NCBI RefSeq assembly: GCF_006345805.1
Contig: NC_043003.1
Coordinates: 64,976,001-65,040,000 of the forward strand
Direction: 5' to 3'
Length of the DNA stretch: 64,000 bases
Source of the DNA: Octopus sinensis
Taxonomy: Eukaryota
The translations under genes and the position numbers were made by a program. Shown in pieces: positions 41,553 to 55,983 of the stretch. The notes under the pieces were generated by a model. It was not told where the DNA came from. It saw only the letters and a list, made by a program, of their open reading frames with translations, and did no database searches. Every line of letters starts with the position of its first letter. Position 1 is the first letter of the stretch.

Positions 41553-42800
41553 AATCAAGGAACGGCCATAATAGGCCATTCACCCACTAGAAATAACAGC
41601 CAAAGCTTCACCAACCGCAAAATACATTAATTCCGTAAACCAGGAGAAAATTAAAAAACATTTACCCTGTAATTTCTTATACGATGCACCGTTTCATCTA
41701 ATGGTAAACTAACCTGATTAAATTAAATCAAGCCAATCTTCCATAGGCCCTTAGATTCGTCAGTAAGAAATAGCCAGATCGGAACAGATATTTTCACGAG
41801 GCATTTCTGTCCCTGCCTCGGCAATATCTGACCTATAATTTTCAAATCATCGCACTCGCGCCAAATTTATCGGCAGCAAATAAATATAAGCCGCCGATTC
41901 CATTACGGAATTAACCAGAAAATTCATAATTAATCAATATAGGGTGGCAAAAAATTTTGTAGAATTTTTTTTTTTTGCCACCAGCGGCCTAGTGGGAAAA
42001 AATTAAATAGTCATAGACCATTTTTAAGTTCAACATCACAATCAAGGAACGGCCATAATAGGCCATTCACCCACTAGAAATAACAGCCAAAGCTTCAACC
42101 GCAAAATAACATTAATTCCGTAAACCAGGAGAAAATTATTTTGCGGTTGAAGCTTTGGCTGTTATTTCTAGTGGGTGAATGGCCTATTATGGCCGTTCCT
42201 TGATTGTGATGTTGAACTTAAAAATGGTCTATGACTATTTAATTTCTTCCCACTAGGCCGCTGGTGGCAAAAAAAAAAAAATTCTACAAAATTTTTTGCC
42301 ACCCTATATTGATTAATTATGAATTTTCTGGTTAATTCCGTAATCGAATCGGCGGCTTATATTTATTTGCTGCCGATAAATTTGGCGCGAGTGCGATGAT
42401 TTGAAAATTATAGGTCAGATATTGTCGAGGCAGGGACAGAAATGCCTCGTGAAAATATCTGTTCCGATCTGGCTATTTCTTACTGACGAATCTAAGGGCC
42501 TATGGAAGATTGGCTTGATTTAATTTAATCAGGTTAGTTTACCATTAGATGAAATGGTGCATCGTATAAGAAATTACAGGGTAAATGTTTTTTTAATTTT
42601 CTCCTGGTTTACGGAATTAATGTTATTTTGCGGTTGAAGCTTTGGCTGTTATTTCTAGTGGGTGAATGGCCTATTATGGCCGTTCCTTGATTGTGATGTT
42701 GAACTTAAAAATGGTCTATGACTATTTAATTTTTTCCCACTAGGCCGCTGGTGGCAAAAAAAATTCTACAAAATTTTTTGCCACCCTATATTGATTAATT
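41549..42800. repeat. Fold-back palindrome of a 487-bp tandem monomer
   Basis: Monomer restarts at 42036; arms 41549-42109 and 42136-42696 are near-identical reverse complements; flanked by (TA)n on both sides. Confidence 0.95.
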
Positions 42801-42846
42801 ATATATATATATATATATATATACACAGATACATATATGTATATAT

Positions 42847-42925
<79 letters not shown>

Positions 42926-43439
42926 GTGTGTGTGTGCGCCTGTCTGTGTGTGTGAGAGAGAGGTGACAGATTGGCAGAGAAATATATAACGAGAAAGACA
43001 ATGGCATTTAAGTGTATAAAGAGGAAAAAAATGCGAAAGCCAATGAAATGATGAATAGAAAGCGTATGATTTTGCATAAAGAGTGAGAAAAAGAGAAACA
43101 TATGTATATAGATGTGTGTGTGTGTGTGCGTGTGCGCGTGCTTGTGTGTCTCTGTGTATATGTATTCACATATATGTATGCGTGTTTCTGTATATATATA
43201 TAAATACGTGTGTGTGTGAATGTATGTAATGTGTGTATGTGTAGAAATGGAGGCAGAGAGATAAACAGAAGGGACGGATTAGTTAGTGAAAGGTTCAATT
43301 TAAGTATCCAGGAAAATAAAGAGAGCAATGATAAAAGAGGGTTAGACTGGAATAGCTCGAGGGAGAGAGAGAGAGAGAGAGAGAGAAATAGAGAGAGAGA
43401 GAGAAAGGATGGCTGTATATATGAAAATGAAGGCCTTTG

Positions 43440-43488
<49 letters not shown>

Positions 43489-44383
43489 TGTATGTATGTA
43501 TATGTGTGTGTGTATATATTTGTGTGTGTACATATATATTTGTGTGTTGGTATATATATATGTATATATACATGTATATATTGTATACATACATAGGTAC
43601 ACCACAGACACATATACTTACATATATATCTATGTATGTACATTTGTGGATGTGTGTAGCGAAAGACCGAAAGAGGAAAATGAGAGAGAGAAAGAGAGTG
43701 TGAATGAGATCATGTGTGTGTGTGAGAGTGAGAGAGAGAGAGAGAGAGAGAGTGTGTGTGGAGGAGAGAAAGCTTGTCACTGCGGGATAAAGATAAAGAC
43801 AAAAATGAGGAATGATCAAAGAGCGTGATAAATAGAGAATAGATAATAACTAGATAGGGACGCAGAGATAGTAAGGAGAAAAGGAAAAAAGAAAAGGAGA
43901 GGGCCGATATGTTGGGAATGCAAAACAGAATGTATATACAAATAACAAAAATTTTGCTGAAGATGAGAGGGTTAGTGTAGATGAGGGCTGGGCAGAAAAG
44001 ACAGAGGTTTGTAGTCAGTCGAAGTGGACAATTTGGTATGATAACCCCCAAGAGGATTGAAGTAGGGCAGAGAATACATTAACTTCACATTTCCAAACGA
44101 AGGCAGGTTGAAAAAGAAAAATGGAATAGTATGTCAATCGTGGCAACGAAGAAATCCTTCATGTAAAACGGTTGACGAGAAAAGAAATTAGGTTAACATT
44201 GTGGAAGTGTAGAGGGATTGGCAGAGGTTTCGCTTTGTCATTTGCAAGTAGATAGGAAAATAGGGTTTTGTTTTAAATATAGATAACGCCTATGAAAGCG
44301 CAATAACGCATTGGTTACAGATTTCGTGCATTCGAATTCCTGGTTCACACAATTCTAATTCCTTTACTGTTTTATTTATTTAT

Positions 44384-44790
44384 TTTTGTTTAGCCCCAGG
44401 ATTCATAGGGCTGGTTACCTGGTTTCCATGTACATGACCGAGATCACATTCCTGCTGAACGAGTCGTTGCTGCGTTGCAGACTTTAAGAAGAGCAATGTT
44501 TGAGAGAAAGACATTATTTTTTTTGTTTAGCCCTAAGACTCATAAGTCCAGTTACCTGGTTTCCACATAAATGGTTGAGATCACATTTCTCCTGGACGAG
44601 ACGCCGGTGCATAGTAGAGTTTAAGATCAGCCTTTTTTGAGAGGAGGACATTATTTTTGTTTAGCCCTAGGACTCATTAGGCCGGTTACCTGTTTTCCAT
44701 ATAAATGGTCAAGAGCATATTCCCACCTCAACGAGACGCTGCTCCGTTGCAGAGTTTAAAACCAGCAATTTTTGAGTGGAAGACACTATT
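44384..44790. repeat. Three diverged ~135-bp tandem units
   Basis: ttttgtttagccc..ggttacctggtttcca..gacattattt recurs at ~44384, ~44521 and ~44655. Confidence 0.85.
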
Positions 44791-46719
44791 TGATTGCATC
44801 GGCTCAAGAATTTGACTGAAACTTTATTTAGAAGAAAAAAAGAAAATCCCATTAATCACAAGTCTGCATCGACTTAGGGGTAAATAACAAACATAACTCT
44901 ACATAATGTCGACATTTCTCGCTTTCAATAATGAATATTTTTATGATTTTTACATGAAATGTAAGGGTATTCTACCAAATAGAAGCCTTATCTGTTTATT
45001 TATCTATATATTTTCCTTCCATTGATATGAGCTTACAAATTTCACTGATGAGGCCTGCTGAAGTTTAGTTTATATCTTGCTGATCTGTTACTCATTCTTT
45101 TAGAAACGTTTGATTTTCTATTTGAGGAGCAAACTTCTTGATTGCTTTCGCTGCTAAATGCGGCGTGATACACCACTCCATGTCGTCACAAAGGAAAAGC
45201 CACTGTGAGTTCATTTGATATTTGTTTATTAGATATGGCAGCCAAATCATATCATATAGCATCAGAAAGAAAGGTAAACACATTGAATGCTATCACTAAA
45301 ATATATTAAGTCAGGATACTCAAAACGAAAAATACGGGCAATCAGGGAGTAGTTGAACGGCAAACTAACAATGATACACAGTTACAACTAAACCAGTGAC
45401 AGAATTTATCAGTGGTAATTGATACTGTGAGAAGTAATAGCCAAATCTCCCTCAAACCGTAGCCGACTGTCTTAAATCTGTAACGAAACGTTTTCTTTAC
45501 AAGTACAGTAAAAGAAGAAAGGCTGAAAGCTGGCAGAATCGCTGACATGTCGGAGAAAATGCTCAGAGTTATTTCATCCAGCTCTCTACGTTCTTTTCTG
45601 AGTTCAATTCCCACTGAGACCAATTTTAGCTTTCATTCTTTCGAGGTCGATAAAGTAGAGTACCAGTCAAGTACAGGAGTCGATGTAATCGAATTGCTCT
45701 TTTTCATTAAAAAGTTACTGGCGTTGAAACCTGAAGTAAACCGGCGTCTTACTGATGGAAACTGGTTTGCGATTGATGGAAACCGGATAACTGGCCGGTT
45801 AACGAGTCCCAGGCCTTGAAGAAAAAGGATTATATGAGACAATACAATCCGATGTGTTTCTTCTGTTTTTATGAATATTTCATATGAAATAGATATGCAG
45901 GCGAACCGAACACATAGAGGCTATTACCAGAAATACGATTAAACGTCTTGAGCAGGTTTTGAACTCAGATCAGATTAGAAGACAGTTGAATGAACTTATA
46001 CTTCCGACTGCTTTCCCCCTCTACATCTAATCTAAACAAAATACACATTACGAAATAATTTTGGCTCGTCAAAACAAAAAAAAAAAAAAATCTTGGTTAT
46101 ATAAATGGACGGCATTAAGATTTTCATTGATTCTATTTTACATTTGAATAAATGTAACAAAAACATAAATAAGAAGAAATGCAAAAAAACAAATACAAAA
46201 TCGAAATAAAAACAAAACAAGTTTTCAGTAAATCCTCCATAATATAAATACAAATAAAAATAATAAAAAACTACAGAATTTGCATCTAAGTTTATTTGCA
46301 AGAGATAGTATTTTAGCATCAAAACTAATTTCCCTGGAGAAAAGCTGGGATATTTCATTTGTCAGAACAAACGTAATGGAACAGGAAGAACAGAAACTAG
46401 TAAGGATTTTCCTTGACACTGGGTCGATCAGTATATGTCAGAACTAAGTCGCTGCTGCTTTCTATTTCGAGATGATTACAGTAACCAATATGAGATGTTG
46501 TTTCATTATATTACTGTAGATTATAATAAGAGTAGTAGATTCGCCTCTATTTTTGAACCAAAATTTACAGAAACTCAAGTGCAGTCACATGTAATGCTGC
46601 TTCTTTTCTCTGTTCTGAAGTTCTAGTGATGCATTAAGAGGAAATGTTTTCAATTACTACCATTGTTTACTTGTATTCTTTCTGCTAATATCACTGCCTC
46701 GTATTATTTAGTCGTGTTG

Positions 46720-47585
46720 AGGCGGCGGGCTGGCAGAATCGTTAGCACGCCGGGCGAAATACTTAGCGGTATTTCGTCTGCCGCTATGTTCTGAGTTCAA
46801 ATTCCGCCGAGGTCGACTTTGCCTTTCATCCTTTCGTGGTCGATTAAATAAGTACCAGTTACGTACTGGGGTCGATATAATCGACTTAATCCGCTTGTCT
46901 GTCCTTGTTTGACCTCTCTCTGTGTTTAGCCCCTTATGAGTAGTAAAGAAATAGGTATTTCGTACTGAGTTCAAATTCCGCCTAGGTCGACTTTGCCTTT
47001 CATCCTTTCGGAGAACGATAAATTAAGTACCAGTTGCCTACTGGGTCAATCTAATCGACTGGCCCCTTCCCACAAAATTTCAGGCCTTGTGCCTAGAGTA
47101 GAAAAGAGTCATTAGCACACCGGGCGAAATACTTAGCGGTATTTCGTGTATCTTTACGTTCAGGGTCAATAAATTAAGGACCAGTGAAACATTAGGATCG
47201 ATGCAATCGACTAACCCCCTCCCATAAATTTTCAGGCATTGTGCCTTTAGTGGAAAGGATTATCATTATTGTGGTGGCGAGCCGGCAGAGTTGTTAGCAC
47301 GCCGGTCAAAATTCTTAGCAGCATTTCTTCCGTCTTTACGTTCTGGGTTCGAATTCCGCCGATATTGACTCTGCCTTTCATGTTTTCGGAGTCGATAAAA
47401 TAAGTACCAGTTTTATATATACGGTTTTATTTATATATACAGTTTTATTTCAATATTTCTTGCCAATAGAGAACGAGCAGGTTTCTAATCTAGATCCAAG
47501 GCGGAATTTGAGCTCAGAAATTAAAAACGGGCGAAATACCGCGAGGCATTCTGCCCGGCGAAGTAGCGATTCTGCCAGGTCACCG
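46720..47585 (+). mobile_element. Cluster of SINE family A copies (last fragment inverted)
   Basis: Family A heads or bodies at ~46720, ~46965, ~47110 and ~47273; minus-strand fragment at ~47500-47585. Confidence 0.85.
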
Positions 47586-47646
47586 ATTGAATACTACTAC
47601 TACTACTACTACTACTACTAATAATAATAATAATAATAATAATAAT

Positions 47647-47755
47647 CTTGAGAAGTACATGGAACAAATAAGGGCTGTAATAAGAGTGGAGCACTTGCAG
47701 AAAACAACACTGCTTGGAACCGCTCGAATACTCCGGATGGTGCTCGAAATATAAA
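47647..47755 (+). mobile_element. R4/Dong-like element, extreme 3' ORF fragment
   Basis: LEKYMEQIRAVIRVEHLQKTTLLGTARILRMVLEI* immediately after (TAA)n. Confidence 0.7.
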
Positions 47756-48605
47756 ATCAAAAAACAAAAACGACAAAAATAAAAAATGACATTAGAATTT
47801 CGTTTTCATGTACAGCAGGTCCCTGGAAGTATCCTCCTACCCAAGTCTTTCTGTTGTAGACTATTTGCAATGAACCAATGAAATTATTTGCTTTGAGAGG
47901 GTTCAACGTCTGCGGTTCAAGGTCGAAAATTGCTGTCAACATTTATCATATTTATTGTATGCTGCCTTCATCTGAGATCCTTATTGGGAATGAAAAGTGA
48001 TAAAAGAGGGTATATATCAGCTTTAGGCGCTTCTGATCTATAGGAAAGGCATTTTCTGGGAATTTCAGCATTCGATCTAATCAACTTGCTGAGTCACACA
48101 TACACGGCCGTGCGGATACAAATTTGTGCCTATACATACATGCATACATGCATGATGGCTGACCCCTCGTTGTCAAGTATGGCCATTGCACGAAGCTTAA
48201 CTGTTATTGGTGCTGTGATCGAATGTGAGTTTTATTTGCTTATTAAGGCTACAGCCAGCCATTCAGTTGAGACTCACAGCACCATCAACAATCATGAACA
48301 ATGTTGTTATCGTGCAATGCCTGTGCAAGAAGATTCTTTTTTTAAGTGAGGAAAGGCTGTGCACTGAGTCAATCCCACTCACTAAGCAACAGCAGCCATA
48401 ATCCGAAAAGAAGAACAACTCAACATCATCGGTAACCACTGAGCCACAGGTTTTATGTCGGAGTTATCCAAGTTACCTGAGTTACCTTCTCCTAGAAGGA
48501 TGTCCTAACAAAGGCTAAGAGTCCTACACTCCCAGTGGTTTAACCGCGTAATCGGGTATTCAGTCCGATTATTTCTATGTCCCCGCACATGCACACAAAC
48601 ATACA

Positions 48606-48636
<31 letters not shown>

Positions 48637-49109
48637 GGTGTGTTTGTCCCCGCTGCCGCTTGACTATCGGTGTTCGTTTGTTTACGTCCCTGTAAGCAAG
48701 CAGTTGGCCAAAGAGATCAATTGAATAAGTACCAGGTTTTAAAAAATAGCAGTATGAATGAATCGTATGACCAAAATCCTTCAAGCCGGTGCTACAGCAT
48801 TGCCGTACTCAAATGACTGGTACAAGTAGAAGATAAACGGTACATACATACATACGTACTTACACAGGGTTATACATGTAATTATTGGTGTGCTGGGATA
48901 TGTAACACACTGCCTAAAAATCAGTCTTCAGAAATTAGGCTTTTTAAAGCCTGAAAGGAGAAAGCTAATTCGATGACTACAGATTCTGGAACTGTAAAAA
49001 TCTGTAAAACTTTTCAGAAGTTTATCATTTAAATATACATGAGCATGAGAATATATGCGTACATACATACAAATCTGCACACATACATACATACATACAT
49101 TGTTTATTC

Positions 49110-49385
49110 CTTTTCGAGCCATACCTGGCTCATAGGGCCGGTTTTCCGGTTTCCTTGGCGTATAGGTCTCTTACCTGGATGGGACGCCAATCCATCGCAG
49201 GTGAGCTACTAGATGCAGGAGGAAAGAGTGAGAGAAAGTAGTGGCGAAAGAGTCAGCAGAAGTTCGCCATTACCTTCTGCTGGAGCCGCGTGGAGCTTAG
49301 GTGCTTCGCTCATAAACACACACATCGCCCAGTCTGAGATTAGAATCTGCAATCCTCGACCGCGAGTCCGCTGCTCTAACCACTA
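49110..49385 (-). mobile_element. tRNA-derived SINE family C
   Basis: Reverse complement aligns with 57133-57426. Confidence 0.8.
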
Positions 49386-49565
49386 TGTGCCTCCACACAT
49401 ACATACATCCATAGAAGCAAACAAAAGTATCTTGATGTTGAAATTCCAATGAAGAAGCCTTGGATCTAGGTTAGAAACCGGCTCGTTCTCTATTGGCAAG
49501 AAATATTGAAATAAAACTGAATAGTGAGATACATACATACATATATACATACATATATACATACA

Positions 49566-49596
<31 letters not shown>

Positions 49597-49647
49597 TACA
49601 TACATTCATACATACATACATACACACGCAACCAAAAACAATGTGTG

Positions 49648-49685
<38 letters not shown>

Positions 49686-49807
49686 CACACATATTAATGT
49701 AAATATATACATATATGTGTGCATGTGTATGTAGGATATTTGAAAATTTATTTTCACAAACACATCAACGAAAGCTTGTTTCGTATAAATTTCCTGTTAT
49801 GATTATT

Positions 49808-50616
<809 letters not shown>

Positions 50617-51112
50617 TATTTTTCTATTTCCCAAACAGCAAAATAGTTCTCGCTAGATATTGCTAGTAAAGTAATGCAACAGTAATTCCTAAGCCTGTAT
50701 TGATCAGCACGTAGTGCTGTATAAACCTGTCTGGAAACAGATGGTATATTACGACTATGAAAGTTCAGAAAATATATTTTCGTACTAAATCAAAAAGTTC
50801 ATTTTGAGTTCAATATCTATTAAAAACAGTGCAAGATTATTCTGGGAAAGCAGTGTAAATGAATGAATGAATGAATGAATGAATGAATGAATAAATAAAG
50901 ATATTGAAAAATATCCCCCTGTGGGATGAAGTTTAAAGAAAAGACAGAGAACACCACTGGAAAATACAAAAACTAAAAGAAGCAGCACATATGCTAGGAC
51001 ACCCCCCCCCCCTAAGCAGACCGAGTGGAGATATGAGCAGCATATGGGGACCGGTATTAAGGAAGGACAGAAAAAATATTAGATTTATAAGCCCTAAAAT
51101 TCACTCCATAAT

Positions 51113-51180
51113 TGCCCACGAGTATATGGTGTAGCGGGCTACTAACACCAAGATTCCGAGTTCGATTCCAAGCATTGACC

Positions 51181-51248
<68 letters not shown>

Positions 51249-51411
51249 TTAGAAAAATATCTTAGGAATGAGAACCCAGTTTCGAAATTTCCCAAAGACA
51301 CCTGATGAAAACTGGAGGGCATATCAACCGAAATGTTGTGTTAAAAACAAACAAGATAAGGACAAATATCCGTCGATTGTACATAATTCCTCATCTCTTA
51401 AATATAGAACT
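51113..51411 (+). mobile_element. tRNA-headed element with (TAA)n linker and degenerate hammerhead tail
   Basis: Same order of parts as 30909-31217; B-box GAGTTCGATTCC; gacacCTGATGA...GAAAtgttgtgtt at 51296-51342. Confidence 0.75.
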
Positions 51412-51544
51412 ATATTGAAAAATAATTGAGGAACATTTCATAAAATGTGGATCATAGGTACGCTTTATGAACGAGTCAAGTACATATATGTCCGTGTGTA
51501 TGTGTGCACGAGGAAAAAAACCAATTTATCTGCCGGAATACTTT

Positions 51545-52638
51545 CTAAATATTGGTACAAGGCTAACAACTTTGAGGGGAGGGAAAGTCGACCATATCAA
51601 CTCCAAAGCTGGTACTTATTTTTTCGACCCCGAAACGATGTAAGGAGCAACTGAACTCAGAACGTGAAGGGCCGGAAGAAATGCCGCTAAGCATTATATC
51701 CGGTGCTGTAACGATTCTGTCAGCTAGCTGTCTTTGTATGTGGGAATATTGGGTTAAAATGTTGGCATAAGTTCAGCAATCACGGGGTATGGGTGCTCAA
51801 CTGGTACTTATTTTATCGACCATAAAAGGATGAAGGGCAAAGTCGACCTCAGCAGAATTTGAACTCAGAACGTAAAGACGAATGAAATGCCGTAAAGCGT
51901 TTTGTCCGGCATGAAAACGATTCTCCTTGCTTGTTACCTTGCGTCTGTGGGAATATTGGTTTCAAATCTAAGCACAATGCCAGTAATTTTGAGGGTAGGG
52001 GCCAAGTCGATTAAATCGACCTCAGTGTTCACCTGGTTCTTATTTAATTGAATCTGAAAAGGATAAAAGGCAAGATATACTTCGGCGGAATTTGAACTCA
52101 GAGCGTAAAAAACGGACGAAAAGTTGCTAAGCACTTTGCCTGGCGTGCCAACGATTTTCCTAGCTTGCCGCCTTTGTCTATTGGATCTATTAATATCTTG
52201 ACTGAGAAAATATGTTGGTTAAGGTGTTCGAAATCTTTTGGAATTCTATTAATATCTTTACAGATAGATTAGAAACCATCACTTTTCATCATGTCATTGA
52301 AATTCAAGTAAGCAGCTCGTTCACACACCTATTCAACATCCATAGGACCTTAAGACAATTAGCGGAAGTATTGACCATGTTACCAAATGAAACCCGCTTG
52401 TGAGTGTCGGATACAGGTTTTATATTCTTTTCTGCTCTAGGCACAACGCCCGAATTTTTTGGGGAGGGGCCAGTCGATTAGATCGACTGCAGTACTTAAC
52501 TGGTACTTAATTTATCGACCCCGAACGGATGAAAGGTAAAGTCGACCTGGGCAGAATTTGAACTCAGAACGTAATGACGGACGAAATTCCGCCAAGCATT
52601 TCGCCCGGCGTGCTAACGTTTCTGCCAGCTCGCCGCCT
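51545..52638 (-). mobile_element. Cluster of four SINE family A copies
   Basis: Repeated ctggtactta.tttatcgacc...gaatttgaactcagaacg; the best copy is 52425-52638. Confidence 0.8.
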
Positions 52639-52758
52639 TTAATATTGTTTTATATTATACGCAGCGTTTTATAGTGTACGCAGGTTTTATATTGTCCGTA
52701 GCGCTTAACCAGTGTGTTCCAGATTTTGTCGTCACTGGATGTATAGAAATGGGAGTAT

Positions 52759-53010
52759 GTTAGTTAGTTAGTTAGTTAATTTTTTGGCTCAAAAAGCAAA
52801 AAGCAAGGCCATGTAGGGGGACATGGAGTTATGTACAGGGTGGTGTTCATGTAAAGAGTTCAGGCCACTTGAGGTCAAGGGAGACTTTGAACCGAGCGGT
52901 CGTCGGCATCTTCACCTGGCAGCTTATTCCACGGATCCGCAACCCGGACGGAGAAAGCCCCTTTCCTTCGATTGTTAGTCTCCATTTCAGAAGCTGGAAT
53001 ACTGAGAGCG
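52759..53010 (-). mobile_element. CR1/L2-like LINE 3' end with (TAAC)n tail
   Basis: Minus frame RRKGAFSVRVADPWNKLP matches the FSxRVxxxWNxLP C-terminal motif; tandem tail ttagttagttag on +. Confidence 0.75.
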
Positions 53011-53720
53011 GTGGCGTCATGTTGGTCTGGTAGTCTGAGGAATCCATAGAGATGTTGGTTTCTAAATGAATTAATTTCAAATGTTTTATGCTAACACACA
53101 ACTTTCACCCATGTAGCTATGTGTGTCAGCGAAGAAATATTTCAGAGTTCTCTCCGCCTTTCAGGAATGAGAACGTTGGATCGCCAGTAGTTTATATATC
53201 AAATGTTAATAAGTTTATTTTATCACAGTAGAGGCCACATATAGTGTATATAGCTGTTCCTGAATAGTATCCATGAGTGCATAGACGTGAGGTAAAGAAG
53301 TCTGCAGTCGTAGGGCAACAGGAAGCGAACTGGCAATAACTAACGTACACATTGGATAGGGGTATCTGGATCTGAGACACCCAGGCAGAGCATTTGTTCA
53401 GGAAATAAAAAGATGTTGCTGAACATAAATTTAGTTTCTGCATTCTTTAACTTGTTTCAGTAATTTTACTGCGGCCATACTGGAGCACCGGAACAACTTC
53501 TACATTAAATGTTGAACATATCACCAACAGAACAAGAAAAAGAATACTCCTAAAATTTGTCTGAATTGTATGATTTTCAGGGTTGTTTTCAGGTGACGAT
53601 GAAAATGTTCGACTTAATTATTCGCTGTAGAATGGTAAGATACGGTTCCTGTCCTTTTGTCTTTAGAAAGTTGGAGAGTTCTATAATACACATAGAAGCA
53701 TACATATATACATACATGAC

Positions 53721-53753
<33 letters not shown>

Positions 53754-54346
53754 TGTATGTGTACATGCATGTATATGTATGCATGTATGTATGTATGTAT
53801 TTATCTATCTATACACACACGCACGCACACACACATACGCGCGCGCACACACACAACACACACACACACACTCATATATATATATATCTTTGCATGACCA
53901 AGCGATCAAATATGTATGCTGTATGCTTGTTTCTCAATCTGTGTATCTGCCGAAAGAGAGAGAGAATGAAAGAGCGAGATTGATCGATAGATAGATAGAT
54001 CGATGGAGTGATAGATAGAGAGAGAGAAAGAAAGAGAATGAGTGAAAAGAAGGGAAGGAGAGAATAAAAAGACGAATGGCTGATACTTCGTTTTTGCTCT
54101 GCTGAATCGCACGGCTATGCACATGTTCATCTGTTTGTACATTTATCATCATACTTACAACGCACGTACACACACACACATACACACACGCACACAGGAG
54201 CGTAGATGTATATCTAAATATACACAGCACACACACACACACACACATTTATATTACTTTATCAATTAGCAGATGTTAATGCTAATAAAATATACATAAT
54301 CATGTTTGAAGTGTTTTAATTTTAATATGAATATATACGTATATAC

Positions 54347-54431
<85 letters not shown>

Positions 54432-54756
54432 ATTGTGTGCGTGTGCGTGTCTTTCTGTGTTTGTAGTCCACCACAACTTGGAGGTAAAAGAGATCGACAA
54501 AACAAGTACTAAGCTTTAAAAGAATAAGTTCAAAGCGTTGCTCCAGCATGACCGCAGTCTAATGATTGAAACAAGTAAAAGCTAAAAGCTAAAAGATAAA
54601 GGATATTATTTCTCTTCCCTTAACGGGAGGAGAAAGAGGAGAGTAGTCTCTATCCACTTTACTGCGTGATATAAAGAGAATATCAAGGAAGAGAAAGCGA
54701 AAACCAAACGCTGGCATGGAATCCTTGATTGTTTTTATTGTTTCTAGGTGAACTAA

Positions 54757-55530
54757 GGCAGCGAGCTGGCAGAAACGTTAGCACGCCGAGCGAAATACTT
54801 AGCAGTATTTCAGCCGCTACGTTCTGAGTTCAAATTCCGCCGAGGTCGACTTTGCCTTTCATACGTTCGGGGTCGATTAAATAAGTATCAGTTACGCAGT
54901 GGGGTCGATATAATCGACTTAATCCGTGTGTCTGTCCTTGTTTGTCCTCTCTGTGTTTAGCCCCTTGTGGGTAGTAAAGAAATAGGTATTTCGTCTGCCG
55001 CTACGTTCCGAGTTCAAATTTCGCCGAGCTTGACTTTGCCTTTCATCCTTTCGGGGTTGATTAAATAAGTACCAGTTACTCACTGGGGTCGATGTAATCG
55101 ACTTGATCCGTTTGCCTGTCCTTGTTTATCCTCTCTGTGTTTAGCCCCTTGTGGGTAGTAAAGAAATAGGTATTTCGTCTGCCGTTAAGTTCTGAGTTCA
55201 AATTCCGCCGACTTTGCCTTTCATCCTTTCGGGGTCGATAAATTAAGTAACAGTTACACATTGGAGTCGATGTAATCGACCTAATCCATTTGTCTGTCCT
55301 TGTTTGTCCCCTCTATGTTTAGCCTTTTGTGAGCAATAACGAAATAGGAAACGTTAGGCCGTCGGACAAAATGCTTAGAGGAATTTCGTAGTCATTACGT
55401 TCTGAGGTCAAATTCCGCTGAGGTCAACTTTGCTTTTCATATTTTCGAGATCGATAATATAAGTACCAGTTGATCTCTGGGATCGACTCGATCCATCCCT
55501 CAAAATTGTTGACCTTGAGCCAAAATTTTA
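54757..55530 (+). mobile_element. Tandem array of SINE family A bodies
   Basis: One head followed by repeated ~190-bp bodies, each joined through gtaaagaaataggtatttcgtctgccg. Confidence 0.88.
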
Positions 55531-55729
55531 AACTTTTATATCCAGATCAACCGTGACTTCGCAGACCCAACATTAAATCCTTGCCATAAGTAATCAATAC
55601 TTAATTTTTAAACTCACTTTAGACTAACCACAATGTATTATTTTTCTTTCCTTTTTTTCTTCGAGGGGTAAGGAATGATTTGAAGGGGATTTGGCTATTA
55701 TTTCTCTCAGAGAAGTCTATAGTTTACAG

Positions 55730-55983
55730 CAGTGGTCCTAAACCATTTTTTGCCTATGGATCACTTTGGGTCCTAATTAATTCGGATTGACTCTCATAAA
55801 TATTCGTTGTTTTAAAAAGCCTATTGTACTTTTATAAATATTATTCGGAATTGATTTTTAAAAAAATGTCCTTAAATATTTTGCATATTATAGATGTATA
55901 ATCAATTTATAGCATATAAACTTTAAAAGCAAAATCTTATATGGACCCATATGTACCATATGTGCTCCGGTTAAGACCCACTG
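55730..55983. mobile_element. hAT-like MITE
   Basis: Imperfect TIRs cagtggtcctaaacc / ggttaagacccactg; the 8-bp flanks (gtttacag / atttagaa) match only partly. Confidence 0.55.

Noticed and set aside
44384-44790. CRISPR-like repeat-spacer pattern
   Set aside because: Whole units are homologous with no unique spacers, the context is eukaryotic and there are no cas genes
45042-45113. tca-CTGATGA...GAAACGTT-tga hammerhead-like spacing
   Set aside because: No stem II pairing is visible; at most a fully decayed motif
45092-45283. ORF containing WLFLCDD, reminiscent of glycosyltransferase or transposase motifs
   Set aside because: The similarity is too short, there are no matching splice sites on that strand, and no partner exons were found
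46316-46626. ~100-codon frame interrupted by a single TGA at 46414 (selenocysteine or readthrough?)
   Set aside because: No recognisable family, redox motif or SECIS; compatible with chance
53192-53443. Cys-rich minus-strand ORF
   Set aside because: No recognisable domain spacing or linked exons
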